From a virus, in IMG/VR virus record IMGVR_UViG_3300035034_000989, positions 1 through 64,000 of that record: 64,000 bases of DNA; one strand, 5' to 3'. Of the stretch, positions 18,206 through 29,986 are shown one piece after another; the stretch's first letter is position 1; every line of letters starts with the position of its first letter. Under the pieces are notes generated by a model. The model made no database searches and was not told the DNA's origin. It worked only from the letters and a program-made list of their open reading frames with translations. Position numbers and translations under genes: made by a program.

Positions 18206-19609
18206 ATGCCAACTATATACGAAATACTAGACACATTAGCGAACACCTCCGCTCGCAATGAAAAAATCAGCATCATCCAAGCTGAGAAACACAATCCGTT
18301 ATTACAGCGAACATTCAAGTTTGCATTAGACCCATTTAAGGTATATGGTATCAGAGCAGTACCAACGCCAGTTTACCAGGGCACAGAATCCGTTACCCTC
18401 GAAGACTTCATAGACTATCTCCCCAATTTTGTAGACAGAAACATCACCGGCCACGCCGCATTTGCCAAGCTGGATGAGTTGTTGTCTCACATGTCAGTGA
18501 ACGATGCATCTGTTGCCGCACGTATCATCAAAAAAGACTTGCGATGTGGTGTACAAGGATCCACAGTAAACAAGGTTTGGCCTGATCATATTTTTAGTTA
18601 CCCGTGTTTACTGGGTAAGTCGTTTGATCCAGACACAATAGACAAGCACATGACTTGGCCTGCAATAGCACAGCTTAAACTAGACGGTCTCCGTGTTAAC
18701 GCAATTATAAAAACAAATGCATGGCCAAACCAAGTTGCTTTGTTCACGCGCTCCGGCAAGCCGCTTGACATACTTCACATGCTCGACCAGGATTTATTAC
18801 AATTGCACAGCAACGAGCTCACACAAGACAGTGGTAAAGAGGGCGTGATGTACGACGGCGAGTTACTGGTATTAGACAAAAACGGTAACGTGTTGCCACG
18901 CAAAGCAGGCAACGGCATATTAAACAAAGCAATCAAAGGCACTATCTCTTTAGAAGAAGCTTCTAGAGTAAGAATACAAATTTGGGATCGTGTGCCGCTT
19001 AAAGAGTTTTATAAAAAGAAAAGCTCTGAGCCATACCAGTCCCGCTTTGCCACATTACTCGAAGACGCCAATTACAGCGAAGATCCACAAGACGAGACCA
19101 TGAAGGTGCTAGCCGGACAAGGTGTAAAGTACAAAATTGTGCCGCATCGCTATGTAGACAACTTAGAGCAAGCAAATGAATACTACCACGAAGCACTAAG
19201 CAACGGCGAAGAAGGCATCATGCTTAAAACTGTTACTCATCTGTGGGAAGACAAGCGCAGTAATGAAATGATCAAGTTCAAATGCGAAAAGATATGCGAA
19301 CTCAAAGTTGTCGATTGGCTAGAAGGCACAGGACAATTTGCAGGATATCTGGGCAAGCTTGCATGCGAGTCAGCTGATGGGCTAATTGAAGTAAATGTTG
19401 GTTCAGGGTTCTCAAGAGAATTTCGCATCGACACCAAGCCAGAAGATATTATCGGAAAGATCATATCTGTCAAGTTCAACGAAGTAATCGAAAGCGAAGG
19501 CAAGCCCGGCAAATTCAGTTTGTTTTTAGGACGCTATATCGAAACACGCGAAGACAAGGTTGAAGCAGATGACCTTGCAACTGTGCAAGCAACCAAGACG
19601 GTGAAATAA
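18206..19609 (+). CDS. ATP-dependent DNA ligase (T4 gp30-like)
   Basis: KLDGLR, YDGEL, EGIMLK, KRS...KFK, VGSGF, SLF...RxDK. Confidence 0.95.
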   Translation: MPTIYEILDTLANTSARNEKISIIQAEKHNPLLQRTFKFALDPFKVYGIRAVPTPVYQGTESVTLEDFIDYLPNFVDRNITGHAAFAKLDELLSHMSVNDASVAARIIKKDLRCGVQGSTVNKVWPDHIFSYPCLLGKSFDPDTIDKHMTWPAIAQLKLDGLRVNAIIKTNAWPNQVALFTRSGKPLDILHMLDQDLLQLHSNELTQDSGKEGVMYDGELLVLDKNGNVLPRKAGNGILNKAIKGTISLEEASRVRIQIWDRVPLKEFYKKKSSEPYQSRFATLLEDANYSEDPQDETMKVLAGQGVKYKIVPHRYVDNLEQANEYYHEALSNGEEGIMLKTVTHLWEDKRSNEMIKFKCEKICELKVVDWLEGTGQFAGYLGKLACESADGLIEVNVGSGFSREFRIDTKPEDIIGKIISVKFNEVIESEGKPGKFSLFLGRYIETREDKVEADDLATVQATKTVK

Positions 19610-19611
19610 AA

Positions 19612-19887
19612 ATGGCGAAACTATATAGAATTAAAAATGGTGAACTGTACTGGAATCTGAAACACTCAGTTCTTCCGTGCTGGGGCGACGAAGGTGACTA
19701 TTTCAGGCCCGATGAACTTGATGAATTCTTACGCATGTTCAAGTATCAGAGAAAATTGTGGCCAGAAGGCACAGAGATTGTTTCTTATACAGTTGGTGTT
19801 GAAAGAACCACCATGCTAGTCAACCGTAAATTTACCGAGTTCAACAAAGAGATCACCTACGAAAAATTAAATGGGAGTAGATACTAA
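19612..19887 (+). CDS. Hypothetical protein
   Basis: ORF coupled to its neighbours. Confidence 0.55.
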   Translation: MAKLYRIKNGELYWNLKHSVLPCWGDEGDYFRPDELDEFLRMFKYQRKLWPEGTEIVSYTVGVERTTMLVNRKFTEFNKEITYEKLNGSRY

Positions 19888-20753
19888 TGGGCTGTTTTAA
19901 TATGTCCTGTGCAGTAACAGGTACACCAATAATGGATGGTGACGACATGATTGTTGCTGTGGCAGCCGAAGCCGATCAAATGAGATCAATTGTGGCGGCC
20001 ATGTTCTTCGAAGCCAAATATAACGATTACGGTACTTACTGTGTTGAATCGCTGGAGCACTCGTTATCGAAGTCGCCTAACGACCTATCGTTTAAGTGGT
20101 TCTGTAACTTTATCAATACCAACGGCCAGTTCGTGGACGATGTTGTTCGTACTCTAGTTAAAGGAACAGTAGTAAACGAAGACAACAAAGAAGATGTGTC
20201 CATTACCTACCCCGGATTCATGTTGCGCAATCATCGTGTGGTGTACATACACAAAGCAGTGTGGGACAAAATAGTAGCCTATCAAGCAGGCGCATGCGAA
20301 GAGTTTTACTATTTTAATCCGTCGACATATCGAACACCAGAACAAGTCATGCGAGAACAATTTGAGCATGCTAACAAACGTATTGCACTGGAACAGAAAA
20401 TGGATGACAATCCGACAGATACCGAGCTATTAGCTGACGCCAGGCACCAGCTAGTAATGATGACCATCACGAGCATGCAATTAAGTTCTGAACTCAGAGG
20501 GGTGTTCGACGGCAGTGTAGTTGATATTACTGAGCAGTTCTGCAAGAAGTATAATGTGGATTTCAGTGATGCACAAGAGCACATTATAAAATCGGTAAAT
20601 ACTGCCACCGCAGTATCTAACTTTCTCGGAGCAGTTAATTCCAACATAACAACACGTTATTCAGGACAAGACACAAGCGACCAGGAACACGAAGTAATGG
20701 TGTCGTTGATACATGATCAGAATGAAAAACGTCGACATAAATGGGACGAATAA
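19887..20753 (+). CDS. Hypothetical protein with MGCFN..C...G.PI N-terminus
   Basis: 288 aa ORF; YNDYG motif. Confidence 0.6.
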   Translation: MGCFNMSCAVTGTPIMDGDDMIVAVAAEADQMRSIVAAMFFEAKYNDYGTYCVESLEHSLSKSPNDLSFKWFCNFINTNGQFVDDVVRTLVKGTVVNEDNKEDVSITYPGFMLRNHRVVYIHKAVWDKIVAYQAGACEEFYYFNPSTYRTPEQVMREQFEHANKRIALEQKMDDNPTDTELLADARHQLVMMTITSMQLSSELRGVFDGSVVDITEQFCKKYNVDFSDAQEHIIKSVNTATAVSNFLGAVNSNITTRYSGQDTSDQEHEVMVSLIHDQNEKRRHKWDE

Positions 20754-20780
20754 AATATTGAGCCCTAGCGGTTGGTTTTA

Positions 20781-20788
20781 GATAAATA
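20781..20788 (+). promoter_or_regulatory. T4-late-like promoter
   Basis: GATAAATA upstream of ATG 20815. Confidence 0.65.
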
Positions 20789-20814
20789 ATACAAACGAGT
20801 AAAAGGAATTACAA

Positions 20815-23136
20815 ATGTCGGATATGAGAAAATGGATGCAGTTATTATCTGAAGATAGCATCGAGAAGGGATCCGCTGTTAAATTATCCGATGACTACGG
20901 CGGCGGCATCGGTACTTTCGAACAGCTTTCAGAAGAAAACCCTGAACTTGCAGTAATCAACATGAAAGGGAATGTACAAGAAATTCCACTACTTTCACTT
21001 CAGAAGGTATTAGCCGCTCCAACTGAGTATGGAGACGATCCGTGTTACAATATTACCCCGAATCAATACGCACCTGGTGCAAGTGTACGGGTAAAGAACT
21101 TATACGGTGGCGGTACTGGTGATGGTTACGGTGTATTTGTTGCTTATGCAACAGACGGCGCTACGGCAATAATTAACGTCGACAGTGAAGATAGAACAAT
21201 ACCAGTTGACTTAGTGTACCCTGCAGACGAACAGCAAGCAAAAGACGATTTTCAATCAACGGGCGGAGATGGTTCACAATCACCCATGACGTGCGCTGGT
21301 GATAATGTACAAGACAAAGGAATGACAAACATGAGCAATATGGAACGCTGGATGGACGCAGTATCCGATAAACAGCAAAAAGAATCAACTTACGAAATGA
21401 AAGAAGAGCCTTCTTCGGAATGCGGATGCGACCAGTACGACTGTACAACTTGCTTCCCGTTATCAGAAGATGAAATAAACTACTCTGCAGACTGTGATTA
21501 CGAAGACGAAGAGCCGTTACACGAACTTGATTTGGAAAACAGCGATTACTTCGACGACGAAGATGAGTCAATGCCGGGCGACGATGCCATGGCAGATGCA
21601 GGCGATGACGAACTAGCCGCTATGGACAGACGTCCTGAGCCAGAGTCAGAACCTTTTATATACGATTCGTCGGGCAATGCATCAGTTGATGTGTCAGACA
21701 TGCTTGGCAAAATTGACTATATTCAAAACATGGGCATGTCTATGACAGACAAGCACTTTGATATTGATCAGTTAATGAACATGCGCCCAGCCGCAATACA
21801 GCGTATATATGCAAAAGTTTCGGGCGAAGGCTTAGACGAAGCATTAGGTAGTGCCGAAGGCGACCGCGGCGAATGGCCAGCAGACATGCGCCAATCAGAC
21901 AACGCCTCGGATCAATCGATCATGTTAGGCGATACCAATGATAGATCATCATACGGACTTGTTGAGCCGGGCGATGCTATTATGTTTAAGGGCCACACAT
22001 TAACATATCGAGGTTACCAATCAGGTAACTCAGAAAAGGTAGTAGTTGAATTAAACGGTAAACAGCATGTACTACCAGCTTCTTCAATAATTGCAAGTGC
22101 AGTTCCGGCAGAGATGACCGAAACATCTGCCGGAGGCATTGGTGTAGCGGCAGGATTAGGCAAAGTAATAGACGATAGCGGCATTTACGAAGCGGCTAGT
22201 ATCGACGCAGGCGAAGTAAAGTCATTAGAGAAAATGGACATAAACGGTGCCAAAGCCAAAGCTACTGAGATAATCCAGGGAAGTCGTACTTCCGATGCAC
22301 GTAAAATGAAGCTTATTTCAAACGTACAACGTTCGCGCACTGTTACCCAGGTATTACAACTGATGTACAACTTGTTACTTGCAGGCGATGGCATGAGCAC
22401 AGTGGGCAGTAAGTGGCAAAGTAAGTACAACGAAGCAGTTGAGATACACGAAAATACCAATCGTAAGTTCGATACCGTTGTCAGATTAAAAAACGGAACC
22501 GAACTAGACAATGCCACTATCGAATATGATTACGATTCAGCAGACCCAGGTGACAGAATGAATCCGTCACATCCGGCAACTGCTAGCATATATTCAATTA
22601 CTTACAATGGTAAGGATATAGATGTTGATCTAGTTGCCAATTTAGATGAAATTGAGGAGGTTGCACTGGAGCACGAAGCCGAGTCGGTACAAAACGATAA
22701 TGACGAATACGGTGATTATATGTACAACAGGCAACGCGAAGAACGATATAATATGAATGATTCGCAGTACAACGAAGACATTAGTCGACTACGCGAGCTT
22801 GCAGGAATGTCACCGTCTTCCGATCCAGAGTTTATGGCTGGTATGTCTCCAGATGATGGCATGCAGACAGGCGGAACATCAATGGAAGACTTCAAGGAGT
22901 TGTTCTGGGATTACTGGGATCGTTCAAGTCCGAGCTCACAGCATCAGTACTTGCGTGCAGTGTTTGGTGACGAGGCGGCCCTAGAAGATTTTAGTGACGC
23001 GGCCGCACAGGCAATTGAACATATTGTTAGTGATGGCGATGCATCTATGACAGACAAGCAATTGCACTTGCTACGTAGAATTGGAATGCCATTATTTTCA
23101 GTAGATCAATCTACAGGAATGTTTCATCCTAGCTAG
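20815..23136 (+). CDS. Large acidic late protein, putative internal head/scaffold protein
   Basis: Late promoter; very D/E-rich; MRKWMQLLSE, ETSAGGI and ISRLRELAG motifs. Confidence 0.55.
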   Translation: MSDMRKWMQLLSEDSIEKGSAVKLSDDYGGGIGTFEQLSEENPELAVINMKGNVQEIPLLSLQKVLAAPTEYGDDPCYNITPNQYAPGASVRVKNLYGGGTGDGYGVFVAYATDGATAIINVDSEDRTIPVDLVYPADEQQAKDDFQSTGGDGSQSPMTCAGDNVQDKGMTNMSNMERWMDAVSDKQQKESTYEMKEEPSSECGCDQYDCTTCFPLSEDEINYSADCDYEDEEPLHELDLENSDYFDDEDESMPGDDAMADAGDDELAAMDRRPEPESEPFIYDSSGNASVDVSDMLGKIDYIQNMGMSMTDKHFDIDQLMNMRPAAIQRIYAKVSGEGLDEALGSAEGDRGEWPADMRQSDNASDQSIMLGDTNDRSSYGLVEPGDAIMFKGHTLTYRGYQSGNSEKVVVELNGKQHVLPASSIIASAVPAEMTETSAGGIGVAAGLGKVIDDSGIYEAASIDAGEVKSLEKMDINGAKAKATEIIQGSRTSDARKMKLISNVQRSRTVTQVLQLMYNLLLAGDGMSTVGSKWQSKYNEAVEIHENTNRKFDTVVRLKNGTELDNATIEYDYDSADPGDRMNPSHPATASIYSITYNGKDIDVDLVANLDEIEEVALEHEAESVQNDNDEYGDYMYNRQREERYNMNDSQYNEDISRLRELAGMSPSSDPEFMAGMSPDDGMQTGGTSMEDFKELFWDYWDRSSPSSQHQYLRAVFGDEAALEDFSDAAAQAIEHIVSDGDASMTDKQLHLLRRIGMPLFSVDQSTGMFHPS

Positions 23137-23146
23137 ATAAACACGG

Positions 23147-23184
23147 CAATAAAAAAAGGCTACTATATGTAGCCTTTTTTATTG
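23147..23184. terminator. Intrinsic terminator (bidirectional type)
   Basis: A7-GGCTAC-TATAT-GTAGCC-T6. Confidence 0.85.
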
Positions 23185-23210
23185 ACTTTCTATTCGGGTT
23201 CGTGTATAAT
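23182..23210 (+). promoter_or_regulatory. Sigma70-type promoter
   Basis: TTGACT-N17-TATAAT immediately after the terminator. Confidence 0.8.
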
Positions 23211-23240
23211 GCATACTACTACAAACAAAAGGAAGTGTTT

Positions 23241-24026
23241 ATGATCACCCAAAGAGAAAGGTTCCTGTCACGTCTAGCATTTTTAGACACAGAAACCACA
23301 GGCAAAGATTTCAAGACTTGCGAAATTATTGAAATGGGTTTTGCATACCGAGAAAATGGTAAGTGGACCGAAGCATCCGAGCTATACAAACCGGATGAGC
23401 CCATCAAGCCCGAGTGCTCTGCAGTTACCAACATCACCAACCGCATGGTTGAAGAATGCGCCAGCTTTTTTGAAGACTCCAACTCATGGCAAGAAACAGT
23501 AAACGAAACTGTTCAGAACAAACCAATTATTGGTGTCGCCCACAACTCATTCTACGATCAGAAAGTACTGGAACGATATGGCTTTACCATGAGCGACTGG
23601 CTGTGTACTTTAAAAATATCTAGAAAACTTTGGTCAAATAACGCTGATGTCACAGCCCACAACCTGCCATACTTGCGTTATTACTTTGACGTACAGTTAG
23701 ACGAAGGGCTAGTCAATCACCGCGCTGGTACAGATTGTGTTATTACAGCGGCAGTGCTAGAGCACATGATAGACGAAATGGAGGCCACTGGTATCATCGA
23801 TCCTACAAAAGATTATTACGAACAGATACAAGAGTGGTTAGCAAAACCTACGTTAATCACATCGGTTCCGTTTGGAAAGCACAAAGGGCTATCGTTTGTG
23901 GATGTGCCGTTGAGTTACTGGTCGTGGGCATTAGATAATTTAGACTCGCTTAATGAAAACAGCGAGCAGTATGATGCGGATTTAGCGGCTAGTGTTATTG
24001 ATGCAGTCGAAAAGAATATGGCTTAG
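23241..24026 (+). CDS. DEDDh 3'-5' exonuclease (ExoX-like) with C-terminal PFGKHKG domain
   Basis: LDTETTG, AHN.FYD, HRA..D, PFGKHKG. Confidence 0.9.
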   Translation: MITQRERFLSRLAFLDTETTGKDFKTCEIIEMGFAYRENGKWTEASELYKPDEPIKPECSAVTNITNRMVEECASFFEDSNSWQETVNETVQNKPIIGVAHNSFYDQKVLERYGFTMSDWLCTLKISRKLWSNNADVTAHNLPYLRYYFDVQLDEGLVNHRAGTDCVITAAVLEHMIDEMEATGIIDPTKDYYEQIQEWLAKPTLITSVPFGKHKGLSFVDVPLSYWSWALDNLDSLNENSEQYDADLAASVIDAVEKNMA

Positions 24027-24343
24027 TCGTTAAACACATTTTTGTCGTATGGTAATCCAGCTCTGCGTTTAGCAACTTGATTACCTATGTAGCCTTGTGA
24101 CTTTCTTTGATCGTTATCAGGCTTGTTTGTCATAGGAGGTTGCTTAGGCTGATGGTCGTCGGTGTCGTATATCATTACTTCTCCGCGCTTATAGAAGTCA
24201 CGAAATAGTTTGCGATAACGTTCTTTGTTGTTGCGTACATATTCTTCAGCTTCACCATTGAATGGTTGAAAGTCACGACCTGCTTGGCCATACTTAGAAA
24301 TATGATCTGTGTTTGATTCGTTAATGATGTCTCTAACTTTCAT
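24023..24343 (-). CDS. Small late protein, possible virion protein
   Basis: SD AAGGAG and late promoter on the - strand; MKVRDIINE N-terminus. Confidence 0.65.
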   Translation of the reverse strand: MKVRDIINESNTDHISKYGQAGRDFQPFNGEAEEYVRNNKERYRKLFRDFYKRGEVMIYDTDDHQPKQPPMTNKPDNDQRKSQGYIGNQVAKRRAGLPYDKNVFND

Positions 24344-24363
24344 TGCTAACTCCTTTCGTATTG

Positions 24364-24371
24364 TATTTATC
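24364..24371 (-). promoter_or_regulatory. T4-late-like promoter
   Basis: GATAAATA on the - strand upstream of 24343. Confidence 0.65.
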
Positions 24372-24377
24372 TTTATG

Positions 24378-24406
24378 TTGACAGGCCGAATTATATTTGC
24401 TATACT
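24378..24406 (+). promoter_or_regulatory. Sigma70-type promoter for clpP
   Basis: TTGACA-N17-TATACT with extended TG. Confidence 0.8.
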
Positions 24407-24445
24407 GTGTTTCTAGTTTAGTTAATTACAAGAGAGAGAGCACTT

Positions 24446-25063
24446 ATGTCATTAGTACCCATGGTTATTGAGCAAACATCGAAAGGCGAACGTTCGTATG
24501 ATATATTTTCGCGTTTACTTAAAGAGCGTATCGTATTCCTAACAGGCGAAGTACATGACCAGATGGCTAACTTAATGGTTGCACAGTTATTGTACTTAGA
24601 CAGTGAGTCTAAAGAAAAGCCAGTTTGCATGTACATTGATAGTCCGGGTGGTAGTGTAACAGCGGGACTTGGTATTTATAACACAATGCAAGCCATTAAA
24701 GCACCAGTGCATACTTATGTAACAGGACAAGCGGCAAGCATGGGTTCGTTCCTGGCACAAGCAGGTGCCCCAGGGCATCGCTACTTGATGCCAGAAGCAA
24801 GAACAATGATACATCGTGTAAGCTCAGGCACACGCGGTACACGCGGCTCGGTTCATGTACAAGAACTTGAGATGGAAGATGTAAAACGTAGCTTTGAAGA
24901 AAGTCAACGTCTTAACAAACGCTTAACTGAGCTATACGTGAAGCATAACAGCGCCGGCAAGGATTACGATGAGCTGTTTGGCACAATGAAGTTTGACACA
25001 TTCTTAACATCCGAAGAAGCAGTTGCTTATGGTCTAGCTGATAGTGTGTTTACAAACAACTAA
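24446..25063 (+). CDS. clpP: Clp protease proteolytic subunit
   Basis: [23 protein letters not shown]; Ser (AASMG), His (MIH) and Asp (FDTF) triad. Confidence 0.97.
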   Translation: MSLVPMVIEQTSKGERSYDIFSRLLKERIVFLTGEVHDQMANLMVAQLLYLDSESKEKPVCMYIDSPGGSVTAGLGIYNTMQAIKAPVHTYVTGQAASMGSFLAQAGAPGHRYLMPEARTMIHRVSSGTRGTRGSVHVQELEMEDVKRSFEESQRLNKRLTELYVKHNSAGKDYDELFGTMKFDTFLTSEEAVAYGLADSVFTNN

Positions 25064-25350
25064 TGAACGTTGTTGATTATGAAAGTGAGGCGGAAGTCCG
25101 CCTCACTCATGAACTCGAACTGTTAATTAACTCTGCAGACCAGAAGTATTTTCGTTTTACTATGGCAAGCAAAAACAGTGGTCTTGGCTATCACGCTGAA
25201 ACCGCAGATAATATCAGCAGTGAAGATTATGTTATACGATTAAATAAGTTATCGAACATTGTTATATCTAGTCAAGTGTATTCAAGAATACACGGAAACG
25301 AAATTGGCGTAACACGAGGCTTAACAGGAACAACACTAACACTTACATGA
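25063..25350 (+). CDS. Hypothetical protein
   Basis: TAATG coupling to clpP. Confidence 0.5.
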   Translation: MNVVDYESEAEVRLTHELELLINSADQKYFRFTMASKNSGLGYHAETADNISSEDYVIRLNKLSNIVISSQVYSRIHGNEIGVTRGLTGTTLTLT

Positions 25351-25360
25351 GAGGCTTGAT

Positions 25361-25552
25361 ATGGATATCAAAGACAAAGCAAACATTATAAATTCTTCCC
25401 CACCGGAAGATCTTCACATACTTCTGCGCAACTACCGTCACTTGTTACAGTCGGCTCGTACCGAACAAGAACGATTCGGTCTCATTGCATTAAAAAATGC
25501 AACCAAGCACAAGCTCAAAGAAATTAAAGTGAAACAACATGGCCGTTTGTAA
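25361..25552 (+). CDS. Hypothetical protein
   Basis: SD GAGG. Confidence 0.45.
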   Translation: MDIKDKANIINSSPPEDLHILLRNYRHLLQSARTEQERFGLIALKNATKHKLKEIKVKQHGRL

Positions 25553-25859
25553 GGTATCCGCTATGACTAGGCTAGGAAATCAAGCTTCGTACAACAGTGC
25601 CGGTCATTTAATAGAATGCTCAGTTGAGCAACCAAGTTACGAACACATGAGTGGCTCGATGTATGCAATCGGACATAGCGGACAGCTAGAAATTGGCTAC
25701 CGGTTCCTAACTTCGTGCATAGATGTACACGACTTCGAGGATTTGTTATTAACAGATAAAGAAGCCGATAAAATGGTTCGTCTCATAAATGACAATCCGG
25801 AACTCAAAGAAATGTACGAAAAATATAAAACAATGGACACATTAGCGGGGAACAGGTAA
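25539..25859 (+). CDS. Hypothetical protein
   Basis: Coupled to the downstream gene. Confidence 0.5.
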   Translation: MAVCKVSAMTRLGNQASYNSAGHLIECSVEQPSYEHMSGSMYAIGHSGQLEIGYRFLTSCIDVHDFEDLLLTDKEADKMVRLINDNPELKEMYEKYKTMDTLAGNR

Positions 25860-26710
25860 TGGCCAGGATTGCGTATGCATCGGACTTGCATCTTGAATTC
25901 ATGGCAGACGATGCGGTAGCCATGGACACACTCAGAGCAATATTATCAGACAACACTGAAAACGCAGACGCGCTTGCTCTGGTTGGTGACATAGTTGAAG
26001 CAAAGATGTTGGCGGTTAGCAAAGATTCATCCAAGTACAAGCAAAGCCAAGCAGTAATGAAAATGTTTGAAGAGATTGCCGCAAACTATCCTCAGGTGAT
26101 ATTCATAATGGGAAACCATGAGCATTATCGAGGTTGCTTTGAAAAGACCAAAGGTATCATAGAACGGGCAGTTGCGCACATACCAAACTTTGTTGTTCTA
26201 GAAAACAATGAAGTTGTAATAGGCGATACCAAGGTATTCGGTGCCACTTTCTGGACAGATGCCGGTGGGCCATCTAATGAATGGTTCGTACAGCAAGGAA
26301 TGAATGACTACCGGTTAATTACATCAATGGTGCCTAACTATCGCAAATTAAGAGTGTCAGATACTGTCAGGGAACATACCCGTAGCCTTACTATTCTTCG
26401 AGAATGGTTGCGAATAAATACCACCGAAAAAGTAGCTGTTTTTACCCATCATGCGCCACATATTGGCATGATAGATGACCACTATCGCAACAACCCAAGC
26501 AACTATCTCAATGCAGGTTATTACACCGACCAAAGCGAATTGATGTTGGATAACGATAATTTGGTATTGTGGATATCGGGCCACACTCATTCTATAAAAA
26601 AAGATCGCATTGGCAATACAGATACTGTATCATGTGCTTTAGGTTATTACAACCATGAGTTTAACATGAGCGATTTACGCAAGTATAGACCAGGAGTTAT
26701 TGACACATGA
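25859..26710 (+). CDS. Calcineurin-like metallophosphoesterase
   Basis: SDLH, GDI, GNHEHY, THHAP, GHTH. Confidence 0.9.
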   Translation: MARIAYASDLHLEFMADDAVAMDTLRAILSDNTENADALALVGDIVEAKMLAVSKDSSKYKQSQAVMKMFEEIAANYPQVIFIMGNHEHYRGCFEKTKGIIERAVAHIPNFVVLENNEVVIGDTKVFGATFWTDAGGPSNEWFVQQGMNDYRLITSMVPNYRKLRVSDTVREHTRSLTILREWLRINTTEKVAVFTHHAPHIGMIDDHYRNNPSNYLNAGYYTDQSELMLDNDNLVLWISGHTHSIKKDRIGNTDTVSCALGYYNHEFNMSDLRKYRPGVIDT

Positions 26711-27225
26711 GATTTTTAGAATTTCTTCGCATACGCGACAAGTACTATTATATAACATTAAACCCGCCGGCATTTATTGCGTCAGTGTTCTTGCTGTATT
26801 GTTTCAGCGCAGGTCCTGAAGGGATCGTGTTTGCTTTTTGTATAGTGGCTTGTATAATAGGATTCGTGAAACTCTTGTTTGAGTATCAATCATTTCAAAA
26901 AGTCCATGAACCCACTTGGTTCATTTACGACAGCCTAATGAAAGCGGCAGCCGAAAACACAATAACAGTATCCAATCACCACGCAATATTTCATAGCCCG
27001 GATGGTGCCATAACTTACAACAGAGCTCTTCCGGGCTCACTCAAGAATGAAGAGTTCAAATACTTTTCGTTAGTAGAAAGAGAAATCATAGAGTATCCGT
27101 TCCGCCAAGCAACGATTGCAGTTCAAAAGGAAAACAGTAATAATCGTAAACTAACACCACAGAACCAACAAGCCAGAAATCAAATGGCATATCATTTTAG
27201 AAATAGGGACAATGATGAAAAGTAA
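26707..27225 (+). CDS. Membrane protein (2 TM)
   Basis: Two N-terminal hydrophobic helices. Confidence 0.55.
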   Translation: MRFLEFLRIRDKYYYITLNPPAFIASVFLLYCFSAGPEGIVFAFCIVACIIGFVKLLFEYQSFQKVHEPTWFIYDSLMKAAAENTITVSNHHAIFHSPDGAITYNRALPGSLKNEEFKYFSLVEREIIEYPFRQATIAVQKENSNNRKLTPQNQQARNQMAYHFRNRDNDEK

Positions 27226-27718
27226 TTTCGAAGAAGTAGTAGCATTACAGGAAGCATTCAACATACCTCATACCAGCGCAAGCAAAGTTGACTGGGCACT
27301 GCTTAGAGATCAGTTTGATCTCATACACGAAGAATATGTAGAACTGCGTGACAAAGGCATTGGTGCTAAAAATTGGCACGAAGTAAAAGATGCAATAGGC
27401 GACTTACTTGTTGTGACGTATGGCATGGCCTATCGCTGTAACATAGACGCAGACGCGCTTATGCGCAACATAAGCGACAGCAACTTCTCTAAGCTGTGTA
27501 GCAATGCAGATGAAGTAGCCGCCACTGTAAAGTACTACGACGCAATCGGTGTTAAGACCCGAGTCGAGGAAACAGAACTCCATGGCGTGCGCAAATGGGC
27601 AGTCAAAAGCTCTCAGAAGCAGGGCTATGTAGAACGCGGCGAAGTAAAGAACATCAACGAAGGTAAGTTTCTTAAAAATACAGTCTGGCACGAGCCTGAT
27701 CTAAATGTCGAAATATAA
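27212..27718 (+). CDS. MazG-like / all-alpha NTP pyrophosphohydrolase
   Basis: LIHEEYVEL...EVKDAIGDLLVV.YG, SNFSK, GK.LK. Confidence 0.85.
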   Translation: MMKSNFEEVVALQEAFNIPHTSASKVDWALLRDQFDLIHEEYVELRDKGIGAKNWHEVKDAIGDLLVVTYGMAYRCNIDADALMRNISDSNFSKLCSNADEVAATVKYYDAIGVKTRVEETELHGVRKWAVKSSQKQGYVERGEVKNINEGKFLKNTVWHEPDLNVEI

Positions 27719-28034
27719 CTATCGTGACTATCACTTAACATATTACTTGCCTCGGTTAGACGGCGCTAACGGGCTCTTTGTACCCGAGCTAATACAAGTG
27801 ATAAGCCGCGCGATTGCTCCTATTTGCACAAATGTTAAAGTGTCTCTGACGCTGGAACTGAGCGAACGCCAAGCTGAAGTAAATAATCTCGGAGTAGCAA
27901 GAAAGATGTGTTACGGTAAGTACTGCATTTTTGTTTTTGAAAACGACGAAGACCGTCACATGTTTAAGCTGTCTATACCCAGCGATCCTGAACTGGCAGT
28001 GCTTGTTCAGGATGTATTAAACATATCAGATTAA
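27705..28034 (+). CDS. Hypothetical protein
   Basis: Contains FENDEDRHMFKL motif. Confidence 0.5.
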   Translation: MSKYNYRDYHLTYYLPRLDGANGLFVPELIQVISRAIAPICTNVKVSLTLELSERQAEVNNLGVARKMCYGKYCIFVFENDEDRHMFKLSIPSDPELAVLVQDVLNISD

Positions 28035-28044
28035 AGAGTAACAC

Positions 28045-28278
28045 ATGCTCAACGAAAGAAACGTAGAACCCTGTCCTGCTTGCCGTAGCAACGATGCTCA
28101 CATGCGTCATGAACGTGACGCTGATGGGTTTGGAGACTTTTCGTGGATAGAATGTCCCAACTGTGGATTTAGATCTCGCAGTATGTTCTCGTCCGAGTCG
28201 TGCCCACAGTTCTATCAAGAAGTGCGTGATGCATGGAACATTCGCAAGCTTGTAAAAGATCACAATAAGAACAGATAA
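28045..28278 (+). CDS. Lar-like (restriction alleviation family) zinc-ribbon protein
   Basis: PCPAC...IECPNCG.R...AWN pattern. Confidence 0.55.
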   Translation: MLNERNVEPCPACRSNDAHMRHERDADGFGDFSWIECPNCGFRSRSMFSSESCPQFYQEVRDAWNIRKLVKDHNKNR

Positions 28279-28299
28279 TCAACAGCATTATGTAAATAA

Positions 28300-29955
<1,656 letters not shown>

Positions 29956-29959
29956 CAGG

Positions 29960-29979
29960 ATAGGGGCGTCAGCCCCTAT
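29960..29979 (+). terminator. GC hairpin after groEL (terminator or stabiliser)
   Basis: ATAGGGGC-GTCA-GCCCCTAT; weak U-tract. Confidence 0.5.
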
Positions 29980-29986
29980 AATCACT

